DNA of 64,000 bases, taken from the NCBI GenBank assembly GCA_036172245.1, contig JAYWIR010000012.1, forward strand, positions 248,001-312,000, given 5' to 3'. Position 1 is the stretch's first letter. Each line of letters starts with the position of its first letter. The position numbers were made by a program, and so were the translations under genes. Source of the DNA: Raillietiella orientalis (taxonomy: Eukaryota). Shown one piece after another: positions 25,841 to 37,749 of the stretch. Below the pieces are notes generated by a model. That model did not search any database, had not been told where the DNA came from, and saw nothing but the letters and a program-made list of their open reading frames with translations.

Positions 25841-26109
25841 TATCTGGAGCAGCCGTGGGCAACCTTTTTTGTCGGCGCACTTGGCGAGTGCCAACAACCA
25901 TGGAGGACAATTACGGAGCGCGTCCTTCGCTCCCTTACGTCATTCTCATCAACCAATAACAACGCTTCAAGTTTATTAAAAAGTATTTTTGAAACTCCTT
26001 TTCTAGAAGGTTCTCCAAGGTGGTAGCAAAGAATATCGCCCGAAAAAAAATTAGTACCAGCGCGTTTTTATGTGTGCCACGTGTGGATTCTCGACCGCGC
26101 GGCTGAAAG

Positions 26110-26640
26110 ACATGGTAGGAAGGATCCGGAAGAAGACACTGATGTGTTTGCTCTTTGGTACTAGGATGAGCACCAGGGATCAAACCGCTCCATGCGCGAG
26201 AAGCACAGCCTCTCGAACGGGGGATGAGTGCGTCCAGGTTCCTGTTCGGAGAGGCCTACTACACCTCCCGGGGAAAATGGCTCAGAGGGCCAGGAGCCTT
26301 CCAATCGTCGAAAAGGTCGAAGGTGTGAGTGAGGTCGAAGTTTCTTTGCTGGCAGCGCTGGGAGGGAGGCACGAGCGAGGTGACGCATGCGGTCCAGCTC
26401 CAGAGGAACACGCAGTGCATCTCTCCACGAAAGCCGGCGGCTCCTGGGACGGGCGACCGCACGAGTTCCGCCGAGCCTAAGCGAGGTCTACTCGACGGGA
26501 CCGACGGCCTCGTGTCCACCCTGTCCGTAACAAAGGGACAGTGGACCAGGATAGACCCGCGAACGTGGCAACGTGAGAACGCCACGTGTCAACATCCTGA
26601 ACAGGACGCAGAGAACGTCTCACAGCGATACGCGATTCCT
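26110..26640 (+). pseudogene. Decayed Sina-like relic
   Basis: KTLMCLLF ... PCAR/KHSL ... PVRRGL ... RSLPIVEKV / FLCWQRWEG ... EEH ... WDG ... ATCQHPEQDAENVSQR (compare AIVQLIGTRKQAENFAYR). The 3' part aligns to 33790-33900. Confidence 0.65.
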
Positions 26641-27199
26641 TCCTTGTTCCCCCCTCCCTTCTCCTCCCAAAACTTCTCTCTCTCTTCCTCCTACCCCCTT
26701 TTTTTGTTGTTGTGGTTTTCCTTCCCTCTTCGCTGCTGGAGCGGACCTCATCGGTGAGGTCAGCTCCTCACCAGTCTCGGTAAGGTCACCGGTACTGGAT
26801 AAAAGCGAAATCGGACGATCGCAGTGAACCATGTGATTGACCACAAAATGACTGACAAGTTGGCTGAGCTTTCGTTGCTTTTGATGATAAATGCCCCGGG
26901 CATTTCCGGATGGAGAACCCGACGCGGAGAATGCGATACCTAGCGGAAGGACCGAAACCGAAGATCGCGCCGATCGGGCCAAGAAAGAGTGGCTACAGAG
27001 AGAGGCAACACTCACCATCAGAGCATGTGGGGGACTTTGAAACCAGTGGATACCCCCACGAATTGCGGGATCTCTCCACTACAAGTGCCGGATGCAAGGG
27101 TGGGCGACCTACAGGTTACCACGGGAACCGCGGTGGGCACGAGTCAACCCCCGGACGCTGGAAAACCACACCGAGAAGTACACCGCCGCCAAAGAAACC

Positions 27200-27880
27200 G
27201 TGCCGCTGGCGCGGGGAAGGCTCGGACAGCCGACCTTGTACCCACACACCACCGGCACCGTCCTGTGGAAGTCGGAACAGCCTGCCGGAGATCTGGAACT
27301 GCTTCCTGATGTTTGATCACGGAGCTATCCTGTGAGGTCCGAACGCTCCGACACTAGACCAGGAACTCTAGAGACGAAGCGAAGCCCCACACGCGGGAGC
27401 ACTGGAGAGGGCATTCCTCTGCGCAGCTGCAGAACCCCCTCCCAAGACAGGAGAGTGGCCAAGAGGGCGACGGAGCTGCCAGCACAGTCCGGAATGGAGA
27501 TCCTTCGAGGACTCCGTCCGAGGCCAAGATGGCGCCATGTACAAACCTCATGTCGAGGGCCACGTTCGAACTCTTCTTGCGAAGCATCTTCGTCAAAAGG
27601 AAGAAGCGTAGCAAGGGTGGAGAGGTTTCTGCAGGTGCAATTCCGATGGGACTCCTGAAGAAAGAAGCGAGGCTGCCGCGGCGCGGCGGGACCATCAGCT
27701 AGGCACCCCGCGGAAGATCCAGGGACAGGCAAGTGACCCCGAAGGCAAGATAGCAGACTCAAAGTGTTCTTACGCAGTGCACAGTCCCCGATCCACCTCT
27801 TCCTCGCACGCGATGAACAAATCTTTGCCCGGTGGAGAAGACGCCCAGCGATTGAGGCAGAGGGACTCCATTGGAAGCGA
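27200..27880 (-). pseudogene. Decayed Sina-like relic
   Basis: One frame reads LLSCLRGHL ... SHRNCTCRNL..LLPF ... RHEVCTWR (compare ILQCQSGHL, SIRN, VLFPC, DHEELCEFR). Confidence 0.65.
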
Positions 27881-28436
27881 GGCTACTGCTGTCCACTGCT
27901 GACTGGATTGTTTTGCTGTATCAATGATTCGATTAAACTCACCTTCATCCATCATAGGACCGGGGAAAACACGTGTGGATCATCCCAAGCCAACGGATAG
28001 GAGGACTAGGGCTCGTAGACAGAAGGACGAATCATCTGCGAAAACCGAAATCGATCGAATCAATCAAGACGGCCGCCGTAAGCAAATTCTTATTTTTTTT
28101 TTTTTTTGCAGCGCTGTCTATGCGGGAAAGTGAATTCACGTACCTACGTGACAGAGCATGCGTGATTTTTTTTTTTTTTTTTGGTCGTGAACGACGTGCG
28201 TGCCATTTTGAAAATCACCAACGCGATCGCAAATGCGCGCCGTGATGAAACTCGATGACTAATGGTCGTCGATGATAAGGAAGGTGCTGATCAGTTGACT
28301 GCTCGCATGCACTCTCTCTTCCTCCCACTTCCGGAAAACCGACCTGGTGTCCTCCCCCTGCCTCTGATCAACGCGCACCCGTAGAAGAAAATGGCAGAAG
28401 GATCGCGCGAGCAGGCGAAACTGGACTTTCTCGTGG

Positions 28437-28476
28437 GTCAGCGCGGGACCCACAAGAAAGTGGGTCCCGCGCTGAC
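28437..28476. repeat. Perfect 17-bp inverted repeat, 6-nt loop
   Basis: gtcagcgcgggacccac-aagaaa-gtgggtcccgcgctgac. Confidence 0.95.
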
Positions 28477-28514
28477 GGGTCGCCTCAGGTCGGCGGCGCG
28501 CTTGCTGAGCACCA

Positions 28515-28715
28515 GCGCGTTTTCATGTGTGCATTCCCGGCCGTGCAGCTGAAAGACATGGTAGCAAGGATCCGGAAGGAGACACTAACGTGTTTGCTCC
28601 TTGGCACTAGGATGAGCACCAGGGAGCAAACCGCTCCATGCGCGAGAAGCACAGCCTCTCGAACGGGGGGTGCGCGCGTCCAGGTTCCTGTTCGGGGAGG
28701 CCTGAGGAACAATGA
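28515..28715 (+). pseudogene. Truncated recent duplicate of the RING part of the 26110-26640 relic
   Basis: About 190 nt highly similar to 26060-26257 (ETLTCLLLGTRMSTREQTAPCAR), with the same frameshift before HSL. Confidence 0.7.
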
Positions 28716-29199
28716 GGGCACCTGCGGAGAGCGTCCCTCCGTTCCTTACCTCATCGACCCTCATCGTCCGCCAACGGGCATTTCAAGTTTACTTGTTAAT
28801 ACTTGTTAATGGCTCCCCTTCCAGAAGGTTGGCAGCGAAGAAAAAAGGGATCAAGAATCGCAATCCTTCCATGTGCGCCACGTGAGGACCCTCCCAAGCC
28901 TACGAATCGGTACGAGGAGGAGTAGGTGGATGGAAGGACGTCTGAGAAAAGCGAAATCAACCAAGATGGCCGCCGTAAGCAGAACTTTTTTTTTTTTTTT
29001 TGGAGCCAGTGCTTTCCTATGCGAGAATGTGGATTCGCGCACACACGTGAACAGGCATGCGTGATTTTTTTTTTTTTGTCCGTGAACCACGTGCGTGCCA
29101 TTTTGAAAATCACCGATTCGCACCGCACCGAAAATTCGGTCCCGCTGGGACGCGAACGGGGTTGGTTGGAATCTTCTCCGCCAAGGGATGGTCCGAGAA

Positions 29200-29620
29200 G
29201 AACGGAGCTGTTCTCGAGCTCTCACCGAGGGAGGAACCGACGTGATCCGTCGGGAAGCGTGCGAGTTTGGGTTCGGAGGTACGGGTGGAACTGTCGCCAC
29301 TGCCCACATCCGCACGGAAATCATCCTGGACCGCAAGGATGAAGGCAAAAAAGTGCTCCTCACTCCTCGCCACTACCTTTTTCGAGGAGAAACAGCCGCT
29401 CGGAACACCCGGTGGATCCGAGCAGAGGCTCAGCTGAGGTTCCCGAGTTCCGACCGATGCTGATGATTTGCGGCGCTGCTGCGGATTTCCTTCGCAGCGA
29501 GCACCCTGTCTGCCAGCGACGCAACAGTCGGCATCTCCGACTCTTCCTCGTTCCCGCATCCGCGCTCGAAACCCCGCGACTCCCTTAGAGGAAACGGAAG
29601 AGACCCGGCCCACTTGCCAC
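29200..29620 (+). pseudogene. Decayed Sina-like relic
   Basis: RSCSR ... AHIR ... KKC ... ARNTRWIRAEAQLRFPS ... SEHPVCQRR. Confidence 0.6.
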
Positions 29621-29712
29621 CTCCTCCCGCGTTTGCGGCCTTTTGGATAAGATCAAAGTGCAGCGCACCCAGTGAACTCGGTGCGCGCCGCCGCCGGGAG
29701 CCCGTGGTCGCA

Positions 29713-30125
29713 GGAGGAAGAGGACGGACAAAGGAGGAGGAGCAGAGAAAGAATGAGAGAAGAATGAAGAGGAATGAGGGAGGAAGAAGAGTGGAAAGGG
29801 AAGTGGAAGAGGAAGAGGAGGAAAGGAGTAGGGTACGAGGAGGAGAACAATGGAGGAGGAATGAGGGAAGAGTGGGGAGGAAAAAGGAGGGGAAAGGAGA
29901 AATGGGGAAGAGGAGGGAAGAAATGGAGGAAAGACGAAGAGGGGAAAAATAAGGGAGGAAGAGGAGAAAGGTGAGAAGCAGAATTGTGGAAGAGGAGAAT
30001 GAAGGGAACAGCAGGAGGAATGGGGAGGATAAAATGGGGAGGAATGGGGTAAGAGGAGACGAAGAGTGGGGGAGGAAGAGGAGGAGGAATAAGGGACGAA
30101 TGGGAAGGGGGGAGAGATGGGGGAC
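29713..30125 (+). repeat. Homopurine (G/A) low-complexity tract
   Basis: About 410 nt of almost only G and A (gaggaa/ggaatg variants). Confidence 0.9.
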
Positions 30126-30151
30126 CTGGGGTGATCGCGCCTGTCATCGAG

Positions 30152-30900
30152 TGACTCCTTGGATGCCGAGAGGACGATGGCCTGTATACTGCGCTGGGGG
30201 CAGGGGATGGGGTCCCGCGACAGGAGACCGGGCAGCGGACAGGCGCTTTTCCCTTAGCTGGTCATCGCCAGCTTCCTCCTGGTGGCGTACCGGCGCCGCA
30301 GGGTTCGAGCAGGTAACGGCGGGGGAGTCTCATGGGTGCTGGAAGAGGGGAAGGATACTTTGAAGACGTCAATCCCTGTATCTAAGGATCCCCATCCTCC
30401 TTTACCTTCTCGGTCGCCGGTGGGAGGGGCTGTCAAGAACCACTCGAAATGGGAGGCGGTGGTTTCGGTCCACAGAGCTCTCTCAGGGGGTCTCGCTGGG
30501 GACCCCAAGGGAAGGAGTGCCTTCCAGGTGATCCGCTGAACTCGACCCTGCAGCGCGGCGGAGGATGGAGGTCATCCCAGTAGGCGCCCCGGTTTCCCCA
30601 GCAGCTGGCGGGCGGCCAACCCTGGCGGGAAGGCGAATCGCTTTTACTACCGAAAGAGAAAGTGCGCGCCGGGAACCTCCCTTCCTCCGAGCCTAGCACT
30701 TGGTTGCGAGAGAGGGAGGAGCGTTCCCGCTTTCCCTGCTCCAAGCTGCTCTCCTTCCAGGCAAGGACGGATGCCTTGCTGCCTCCACAGATGGCTCTCA
30801 CGAAGCGGAGGGAAAGTCAGGAGGTGGGTCCGAGGTGTCGCCGAGTTCGCACCGCTGTTTCGACCGACGAGCCCATCGTGCTGACAGCTTCCGGCGGAGC
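30152..30900 (+). pseudogene. Decayed inverted paralog of the 40249-41278 secreted-protein gene
   Basis: gactccttggatgccgagaggacgatggcctg aligns to the reverse complement gactccttgaacatggagaggacgatggcctg. The acceptor is kept (gcgcttttcccttag|ctggtc vs gcgctcttccctcag|ctggtg), the donor GT is lost and the frame is broken. Residual SKLLSFQAR..LLPPQM matches SKKLAAYVQAR..LLPQV. Confidence 0.6.
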
Positions 30901-30939
30901 CTGCAAAGGGTGGAAGATGGAGTGAAGAGGGGGGGAGAG

Positions 30940-31750
30940 GGAGTGTGAAGAAAAAGTGCAGCAAGGGAGAAAGAGAAAAGCCCACGTGCTTTCTAGTTTG
31001 AGTTCCCCTTGACCTCAGGACCTTCGTCTCGAGCAGGGAATGTAGAGGGAAACTGCATCTCTCAGGACTCTTCTGAAGAAGAATGGGGGAATCCTCGACC
31101 TCTATTCCATCCACAGCAGGCGGAACACGTCCGAGAATGCATCTTTAAGGGAGAAGAGTTTGAGGATGTTCCCGCTTGACGCTGATGAGAATTTCTTCGA
31201 AGAAGTCGAACGTCTTCGGGTCCTCAGCTTCCAGGACCCGGAGACGGGGAGAACAGGGTGATCCTCAGGGTCGGAGGCGCGTTGCTGTCCCATGACCCGC
31301 ACACATGTCCATCTCTTCAGCCGTCTTCGCCCTGAACTCTCGGTTCCTATCAAGGAAAAAGGCTTGAACCACCACATGGCATCCGAAGGCCTGCATCCCT
31401 GCTGTGATCACGCGGTCTCTGAGACCGGGAGAAGGCAGGAGTCCGCCAACACATGATGTAAGGCGCAGAAGCAGCTGGAGGGAAGTGGTTCCCTCCAGCT
31501 GCCTTTGCGGGTCCATTCGGGATCCTCCCTCCACTTTCGACGCGCACGCCAAGCCACTGGACGGCGGCAACCGGGATGGAAGGCGACCTTTCTCTCCCAA
31601 TCGATGGAGAGGTAACAGGCGTTCTCTATCGAAAGTCTGTGAAGCGTGCTTCTGAGTGAACGCTCGGGTCGTGCTGCCTCTCCAGAGTCAAGCGTAACCA
31701 CGGACATCCCAAAAGAGAGGATTTTTTTTCCTTCTGAAAACCGGAAGTGC
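30940..31750 (+). pseudogene. Decayed Sina-like relic
   Basis: ECEE/KCSKGE ... ENASLREKSLRMFP ... PHTCPS ... LNHHM. Confidence 0.5.
31471..31502. repeat. Perfect 14-bp inverted repeat, 4-nt loop
   Basis: gcagctggagggaa-gtgg-ttccctccagctgc. Confidence 0.95.
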
Positions 31751-31989
31751 ATGAGAGTTTCGCCTGCTTCTCCTGTCGCCTTCTCACCCGGTTGTGCCGG
31801 GACGTTTATTGCAAACGATAAACATGCAAAGGCAGTGGTAGCACTGTTGCTCCTACGTCCACGTGATCAAAGAACCTGACGGGGAACCGCTGCGCAGACC
31901 GGCGAGGGTCGCCTTGGCAGCAGTGGGGAAGGGGACAAAAGAAATTAAAAATCAATAAAAATGAATGGAAAAAACTTTAAGGGATTCGG

Positions 31990-32520
31990 GAAGGGTTCCC
32001 TATCAGCTCTGGGTCGTCCCCTGCATTCAACCGAGGACGCCTGCAAGTTTGGGCTGCATGCTTCCCAGATGGAGCCATCTCGTCGCCATCCCCAAGAAGC
32101 GGACCGCAAAATGGATGGCACATCCCTGTCGCTTTCGCCTCCCTTGGCGGCGCTCCAGGCAGCCACGATCCCGCGTAGGCAGCAAAGAGCTGCTGGAGTT
32201 GTGTCTTGCAGTGTGGCATCGCTTACGAAGAGGCGTCTCTGGGGTTGCCGTCGGGGGCTCCGCAGGGTCGCTGCAAAGGGTTCCCTCCCACAGGGGCCGG
32301 AGGGCAACACAATCCGCAAGCAGGTGCAGGAAAATCTCCCTCTCCCACACTTGCCACAATTTGAATCCACACTTCCCCGGGTCCAGTGATGTTGGCGGGC
32401 GCTGCATGGGAGGTCCAGTGCAGCAGCAGAAGCGCCCTTGAGAGGGTGGGTGTGAGAGTTTTGGAGCACTGGGGGCACTCGAGGTCTTCCAGGAGTTCCT
32501 TGGCTCTATCATCCGGATTT
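31990..32520 (-). pseudogene. Decayed Sina-like relic
   Basis: KELLEDLECPQCSKTLTP ... FSC ... AMPH ... QGCAIHFAV (compare QSCFGFHF). Clear nucleotide homology to 25300-25560 (direct) and 33370-33800 (inverted). Confidence 0.65.
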
Positions 32521-33339
32521 TTCAGGGCATTTGAGACACTTGGTTCACCACGATCTTCAGCTTGTCATCCTCCGGTACGGAGACCAGTGCGGTCCGCTCC
32601 ATAAGCGAAGGGAGAGAGAAAATCACAAAAAAAAAAAACAAACGCAGTCGCTGCCGAACGCGCGGTCGCAAGGACTGCTGTGCTGGATCCACCTGCAGAG
32701 CCACTTCCAGGAGCTGACGCTGCATCCCTTCTAGTGCAAGGAGTCTTCTAGTCCACCATAGTTCGGCACTCTTGGGGAACCCGCGCCGCGTAGCTCTGCG
32801 GTATTGAGGCAGCTCATGTTCTGATGGAGCTGCTCCGACAGCGGCACGAAGTGGGGACTTCCTCCTCATCCTCGCCATCTCCGCGCTAGGGAGAGTGGAA
32901 GCGACTTCACCTGACTCCAGGCCTCGCTCGTCGTGCGATGAATCTGGCGCGGTGGAGATCCGCGCCGCTTGTTCGCTTCAACTTACTTCTTCCAAAACCT
33001 TTTCCTGCGGACCAGTTGTGCGTCGAAGGATGTGCTTTCCCTCTGTGACCAGTCAGTTTCCGCATGGGGAGAGATCCATGGCTGGAGAGGGACGGAGTAC
33101 GCCTGCCTGCGGCGAGGCAGAGACGCTCGACGGTCTATGCAGAAGATCGTGTGCGACCCACGCAAGACGCTGTGGGCTTCATTCACTACCCTTACCCCAG
33201 TGCCACCATCCTTAAGGGAAGCAAAGGATGGCGACCTTCTGGCAGGGTGGGAGGTGCCCTGCTGCTTTGCAGGATCAAAGAAACTTTTGGGTGCATGGAC
33301 AACTGACGAACGCTGGGATTCCGAGTGTCACGCCGAAAA

Positions 33340-33860
33340 GAATTCTACTCTGGGGCGAGCTGCTCGCGATCCCTCCGGAGGAGGTGAAGTGGCCCCCGGC
33401 GTGCTGGAACAGTGGCACCCTCCCCCTCGAGTGGCGGGAGTCGGCGTTGCCGGTCTCGCATTGAGAACCTCATGCAAAGCGCGCCTACATCATTGGACAT
33501 GGGGAAATGTGAATGGCAACGTGGGAAGTGAGACGAGAAGGAAACCTTTCCACATCTTCTGCTGCGCTGTGCCGCCCTTGGGATCGCCTCGCGACGATCC
33601 TAGGTATCCCGGTGGGCAGCCCCAGGGACATTTTCAGACGCCTCTAGACGCGCGGTGCCGCACTGCTGCCAGCCGCGTCCCTCGCAGTTCTCTGCTGCGT
33701 CCGCGGGACTGTGGCGACTGGAACGCAGGAATAAGAGGCCGGGATGGAAGAGACACCATCCACTTGGCGCGGATCTTCTTGAATACCGCCTTGGGATGGC
33801 AACATGAGAACGCCACTTGCCAGCATCTTGGGCAGGATGCAGAGGACGCCGCGAGGTGAA
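33340..33860 (+). pseudogene. Decayed Sina-like relic, head-to-head with the 31990-32520 copy
   Basis: EEVKWPPAC ... SCKARL ... FQTPLDA/VPH (compare WQGSLDAVMPH) ... ATCQHLGQDAED. Nucleotide homology to its neighbours. Confidence 0.55.
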
Positions 33861-34069
33861 ATGTGATCCCTTCCCTGCCCCTCCCCCTTCCTAGAAAACT
33901 CTTCCTTCCTTCCTGTTTTTTGTTTGTTTGTTTGTTTTCGGATTTCCCTTTCTCGTCGCCGCGGGAACGGATCTCGCCGGTCTGCGTACCGGTCGTGGCA
34001 AGTTTTTCTTAAGTGCTCTGCCATTCTTGTGTAATCGACAAGGCTCTTATTGTTATTTTAATAATAAAT

Positions 34070-35065
34070 TTTCCCGCAAATTCGGGTGAAAAACCTTCCG
34101 TGACCATGGCGGGATTGGTTGTCACGGCATAGAGGCTTCGTTGCCACGACTATCGCTGGATAAAGGTGTTGGGAAGACGGTGCAGGAGTGGTGTAGCAAT
34201 TCTTCAGGGGTTCACTCCCCGCTGTACAGCTCCCCCGACGGGAGCGATACTTTGCCAGGAAGGTCGCGGTCACCGACAGGGCAGGGCCCTTCCGATTTCG
34301 CGCGCGCCTCTTTGGCGCGAACAGGATCGCCGTTCCCGCGAGAAGCGGCAGCGGGCCAACTCGTGGTATCCGACGGAAAGTCCCCTGGGATACACGAGCG
34401 CCCCTCAGCTGCCACGTGCGGGATAGGAGTCTTAGAGCGAATCCGTTCCTTCGCAAATCTCCAGGGAGCGGATGCACAGAAAGAAAGACTCCTTTTGGGC
34501 TTCTGGAGCAGAAGCGAATCCAGCTTTCCCCTCTTTCCGTCCCCACCCTCCACGCACCGCAGACCAGCCAGCCCACGACTGCCGTTCGCTGGAGGAACTC
34601 GAGGTGCCCCAGGCGGAAGACGCTGCCCTTCTGTGGTCGGAAGTGGAGCACCCCTAACGGCTGCGGTGCAGGTGGCTGCGACTGCCCGCCCGTTCCCGTC
34701 TTGAGGATGCTCCCCGAGGGTCACCATCGCGGTACAGCGGCGCGGGGCAAACGGGCTGGGCTCCCGGAGAGGGTCCCAGGGTAGTATCGTGCTGATGAGG
34801 CCCGGGAGACTACCTGGAAGGCCCGGTGGTTTCCCGGGAGGACGCCTCCGCTAGAGGTTAACTGGGGAAGGAGAGCGCGAACGAGCGTGCCATCTCGTGG
34901 ATGGGAAGCAAACTACCCTCCTGGTAACCGAAAATCGCTGCCGGGCGAAAGAGAAGCCTCTTCGTCTCTTGGCCCATGGATGCGAAAAAAAAACAAAGGA
35001 AAGAAGACCGCAGATTCTTCTCGTCCTTTTGGATGTGCCTGAGGCATTCCAGCTGACGGCACTCG
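34070..35065 (-). pseudogene. Decayed Sina-like relic, near full length
   Basis: RQLECLRH ... PSTRWH ... QPVCPAPL ... GHLEF ... SFFLCIRSL / NGFALRL ... QGTFRRI (compare ENFAYRL, EATPRSI). Confidence 0.6.
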
Positions 35066-35379
35066 CCTTCGTCCGAGCCGCGCACATCCCGACCGCATGA
35101 GTCTGCTGCGGTATTCCACCTCTTCCTTTCCCTTCCCACCCGAGCTATGCGCCGTCGGTTCCTCACCTCCCAGGCTACACCTCCCTCCCACGCCCCGCTT
35201 TGCGCTCGCGGAGAGCAGCCTTTCCCGGCCACCCCACGACGCCGACCGCTCCACCACCGGACCCGCCTCCTCCTGCGGTTCCAGAGAAAGTCCGGCGGCG
35301 GCTTCGCAAGACCCAGACGTGGTGGCGAAAGAAAAGCGAACATGGAGGCTTTTTTTTGGACCCCGCTCCTCCCGGGGCG

Positions 35380-36000
35380 CCAGGTATGACTGCAGAATCC
35401 CATCTGGCGACGAAGCGACGGCGAAGAAACCGGAGGTCTGTCTGCGCCGGGTGGAGCTCGCGAGGGAGGGAAGCGCGCGCACTCGTCTACGAGGAGAGAG
35501 AAGGGAGAAAGGGGGGGGGGGGTTCCAGCCGCGATCCAGTGCAGTCAAAGCAGACTGTGCCGTGCTCCCCGGCCAGCATCCGCTGCTGCGCATGAGCCGC
35601 GACGGCAGGACGAACGCCCGCCCACCCGTTCCACGCGAGCTCATCGCACCAACCCGTCCAACCGCGTGCCTCTCCAACTTCGTGCGAGGCGTTCTCGCCA
35701 CTCATCGTCATCATCGTCAATGACTGACCCCTCTTTCCGTCCTGGTCGGGCGCGTCCGATTTACCGCGATCGCGACAGACCGCCCTCGTGGCGGCGCTGC
35801 GGTTGCGTGAGGCCCCGCTTCGGGTTGCTGTCGAGATGCGAGGTCACGGAAACGCGTGCTGCTGGACCAGGAAAATCCCGAACCCAGCCAATGATGCCAG
35901 GGTCTACGGAGAAGAGCAGATCTTCCCCTCCGGGACGTTCCGAGAGCGCCAGCAAGGATTCCCGCGACTCGTCGTCGTCGTAGTCGCGCGCGAGCACAGC
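35380..36000 (+). pseudogene. Decayed Sina-like relic
   Basis: RYDCRI ... PCS/GQHP/CCA ... PVPREL ... SNFV ... LFPSW. Confidence 0.5.
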
Positions 36001-36249
36001 GAGCAGACGGCGTTCCTCGACCCGGAGGTTCCCTGCTCGCCGGCCAGGTAGCGGTGGCGCCGGAGGGAGGGCAGAGGCGTCGACCCAAGGAGGCCGGGGA
36101 CGCCAGCATCCTCTCGGGGGATCCCGGGAAATCTATCCTAGTCCGCGGGGACGACCTCGCTGCTAGGAGCCTGCAGTCTCAAGGCGTTCCGCCCGATTCC
36201 CGGGGGTCTGCGTAGGGAGGAGAACGGACTGGAAAGGGATACTCGTCAT

Positions 36250-36930
36250 CACCAGCTTTGGATCCCCTCTCGTGCCCCACCTCCCGGGTCGGGGCCATGT
36301 CGCGCGCGTAGGCGGCGGGGACTACAAGTGGCCCTCCAGGATGTGGGCCGCATTCCCTCCCACCCTTCCGTCTCGGCGGTCGCCGCAGCTCGCACGAGGG
36401 CCAGACGACGAGGCGACCCACGATGACCTGAACAGGTCATCGTGGGTCCCGCGTTGCGGGACCGAAGTGCCCCAGCGACGCGCTCCCATTCCTGACGCAG
36501 CGTCCTCCCGCACTCCGGCAGTGCCTGCGGGAGCGTCCGCACTGCCCTGCAGCGAGGGCATTCCTCGTTCCGAGAGGATGACCAGCGCGCCAGCAAGATG
36601 GTGGTCTGCTGGCGCCAACGAAGGGAAACTGGGAAGGCGTCCAAGAAGCACAGGGTCTCGGAGGAGGGCTCCCGGGGAAGACGTAGAAATTTCATCCATC
36701 TTTGGGGGGTCCCCGAACCTTCGGAGCCGCCCCGTTCGCCAGAAGAGAGGCTTCTTATTTGGTGACCACGAAGACTCAGCAGGTCACCTCCCACGCTGCA
36801 GGGATACCTTCCTTCCAACGGTAAAGTGATGGGCGCCTGGCGTCCTCAGTGGTTACGTGCTGAGATGCGAAGAGTAGACTTAGACTGACGTGGTCCGGCA
36901 TCTCCGAAAGAAGGGAGGAGTTTTCCCGGA
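36250..36930 (-). pseudogene. Decayed Sina-like relic
   Basis: FFRRCRTTS ... LLSLRGHQIR ... RNEECPR. Confidence 0.4.
36415..36448. repeat. Perfect 16-bp inverted repeat, 2-nt loop
   Basis: gacccacgatgacctg-aa-caggtcatcgtgggtc, overlapped by a second hairpin ggtcccgc-gtt-gcgggacc. Confidence 0.95.
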
Positions 36931-37749
36931 CGACTGACGACGACGTTGTTTGGAAGTCGATCTCGGCAGTTCGGGACCAGAGGGACGAGGAGGCCAAGAG
37001 GCAAGAGGACGTGATTGGTTCGTGACCGCGTCGCCAGCGATCTCCGCGCATCTCCTTCCTGCGCGGCGACCGCCCCGCCACCCGGCGGGGAGGATGCAAA
37101 GCAGCCCTCGGAAAAGAGAGCTGGTGGTGAACAAGGGAAACCTGGTCAGTTGGTCGGGATGCGCACGCCACTCTCGTGCCCGGACGGTATCGAGCGCATC
37201 TTCCGGGTCGGCGAAGGCGGAAGCTCACGAGGCGCAGTGCGGTGGGGACGCGGGTTCAGGCATGCGTCCCAAGCTCGCTCCCCCGACGGGATGGCCCGGC
37301 CCGAGCGGGGCTCGTCCGGAACCCTCCCTCGGAGGCGGCGGGGGGTTTCGAACCCTACTCGTTCGGATGCTGCACTCTCCAGGAAAGCGCCGCCAGAAAC
37401 CGCTGCAAATTGAAACCGGAAACTCAGGCCGGGAACAGCCCGGGACGCGTGCCAAGAGAGGCTCCCGTTGCTCGCGCGGGGGGAGCACCCCAATTACCGC
37501 GAGGCGACGCGAGGGGAACACGCGACACACACACGCGGTTGATGATTCCCGAGCGCCTCCTCCGACCTTGCGAAAGGACGCCGGGAGCGGATGGAGCCAA
37601 GATTAGAAAAGACACACCTCGGGAGACGGATGGCAGGGAAGCTGTCGCGGAGCGCCTTTCGCAGGACCGGGGAAGCGCCTGCGACCCTCGCTGCTTCCGG
37701 CGGCAGGCGAAAGTTGGCGCTGCAGAGCGGGCAAACGCGATCGACGAGC

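Larger units (their letters stand above)
27971..29114 (+). repeat. Direct duplication of a ~240-bp promoter-like module (27971-28219 and 28881-29114)
   Basis: Both copies carry cccaagcc..cgaaatc..caaga[ct]ggccgccgtaagca-polyT..gcatgcgtga-polyT..cgtgaac.acgtgcgtgccattttgaaaatcacc. Confidence 0.85.

Noticed and set aside
26104..26118. TGAAAGACATGGTAG resembles the 5' part of miR-71 (also at ~28550)
   Set aside because: There is no complementary hairpin arm. It lies in the former coding region of a relic, and both occurrences come from one duplication.
26161..26256. Apparent - strand terminal exon GLSEQEPGRTHPPFERLCFSRMERFDPWCSS*, repeated at ~28.6-28.7 kb
   Set aside because: Better explained as the antisense reading of the duplicated + strand RING relic. 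No upstream exons were found.
28437..28490. GC-rich hairpin as a Helitron 3' end or a circular ssDNA virus origin
   Set aside because: No CTRR at the expected distance on either strand and no nonanucleotide loop.
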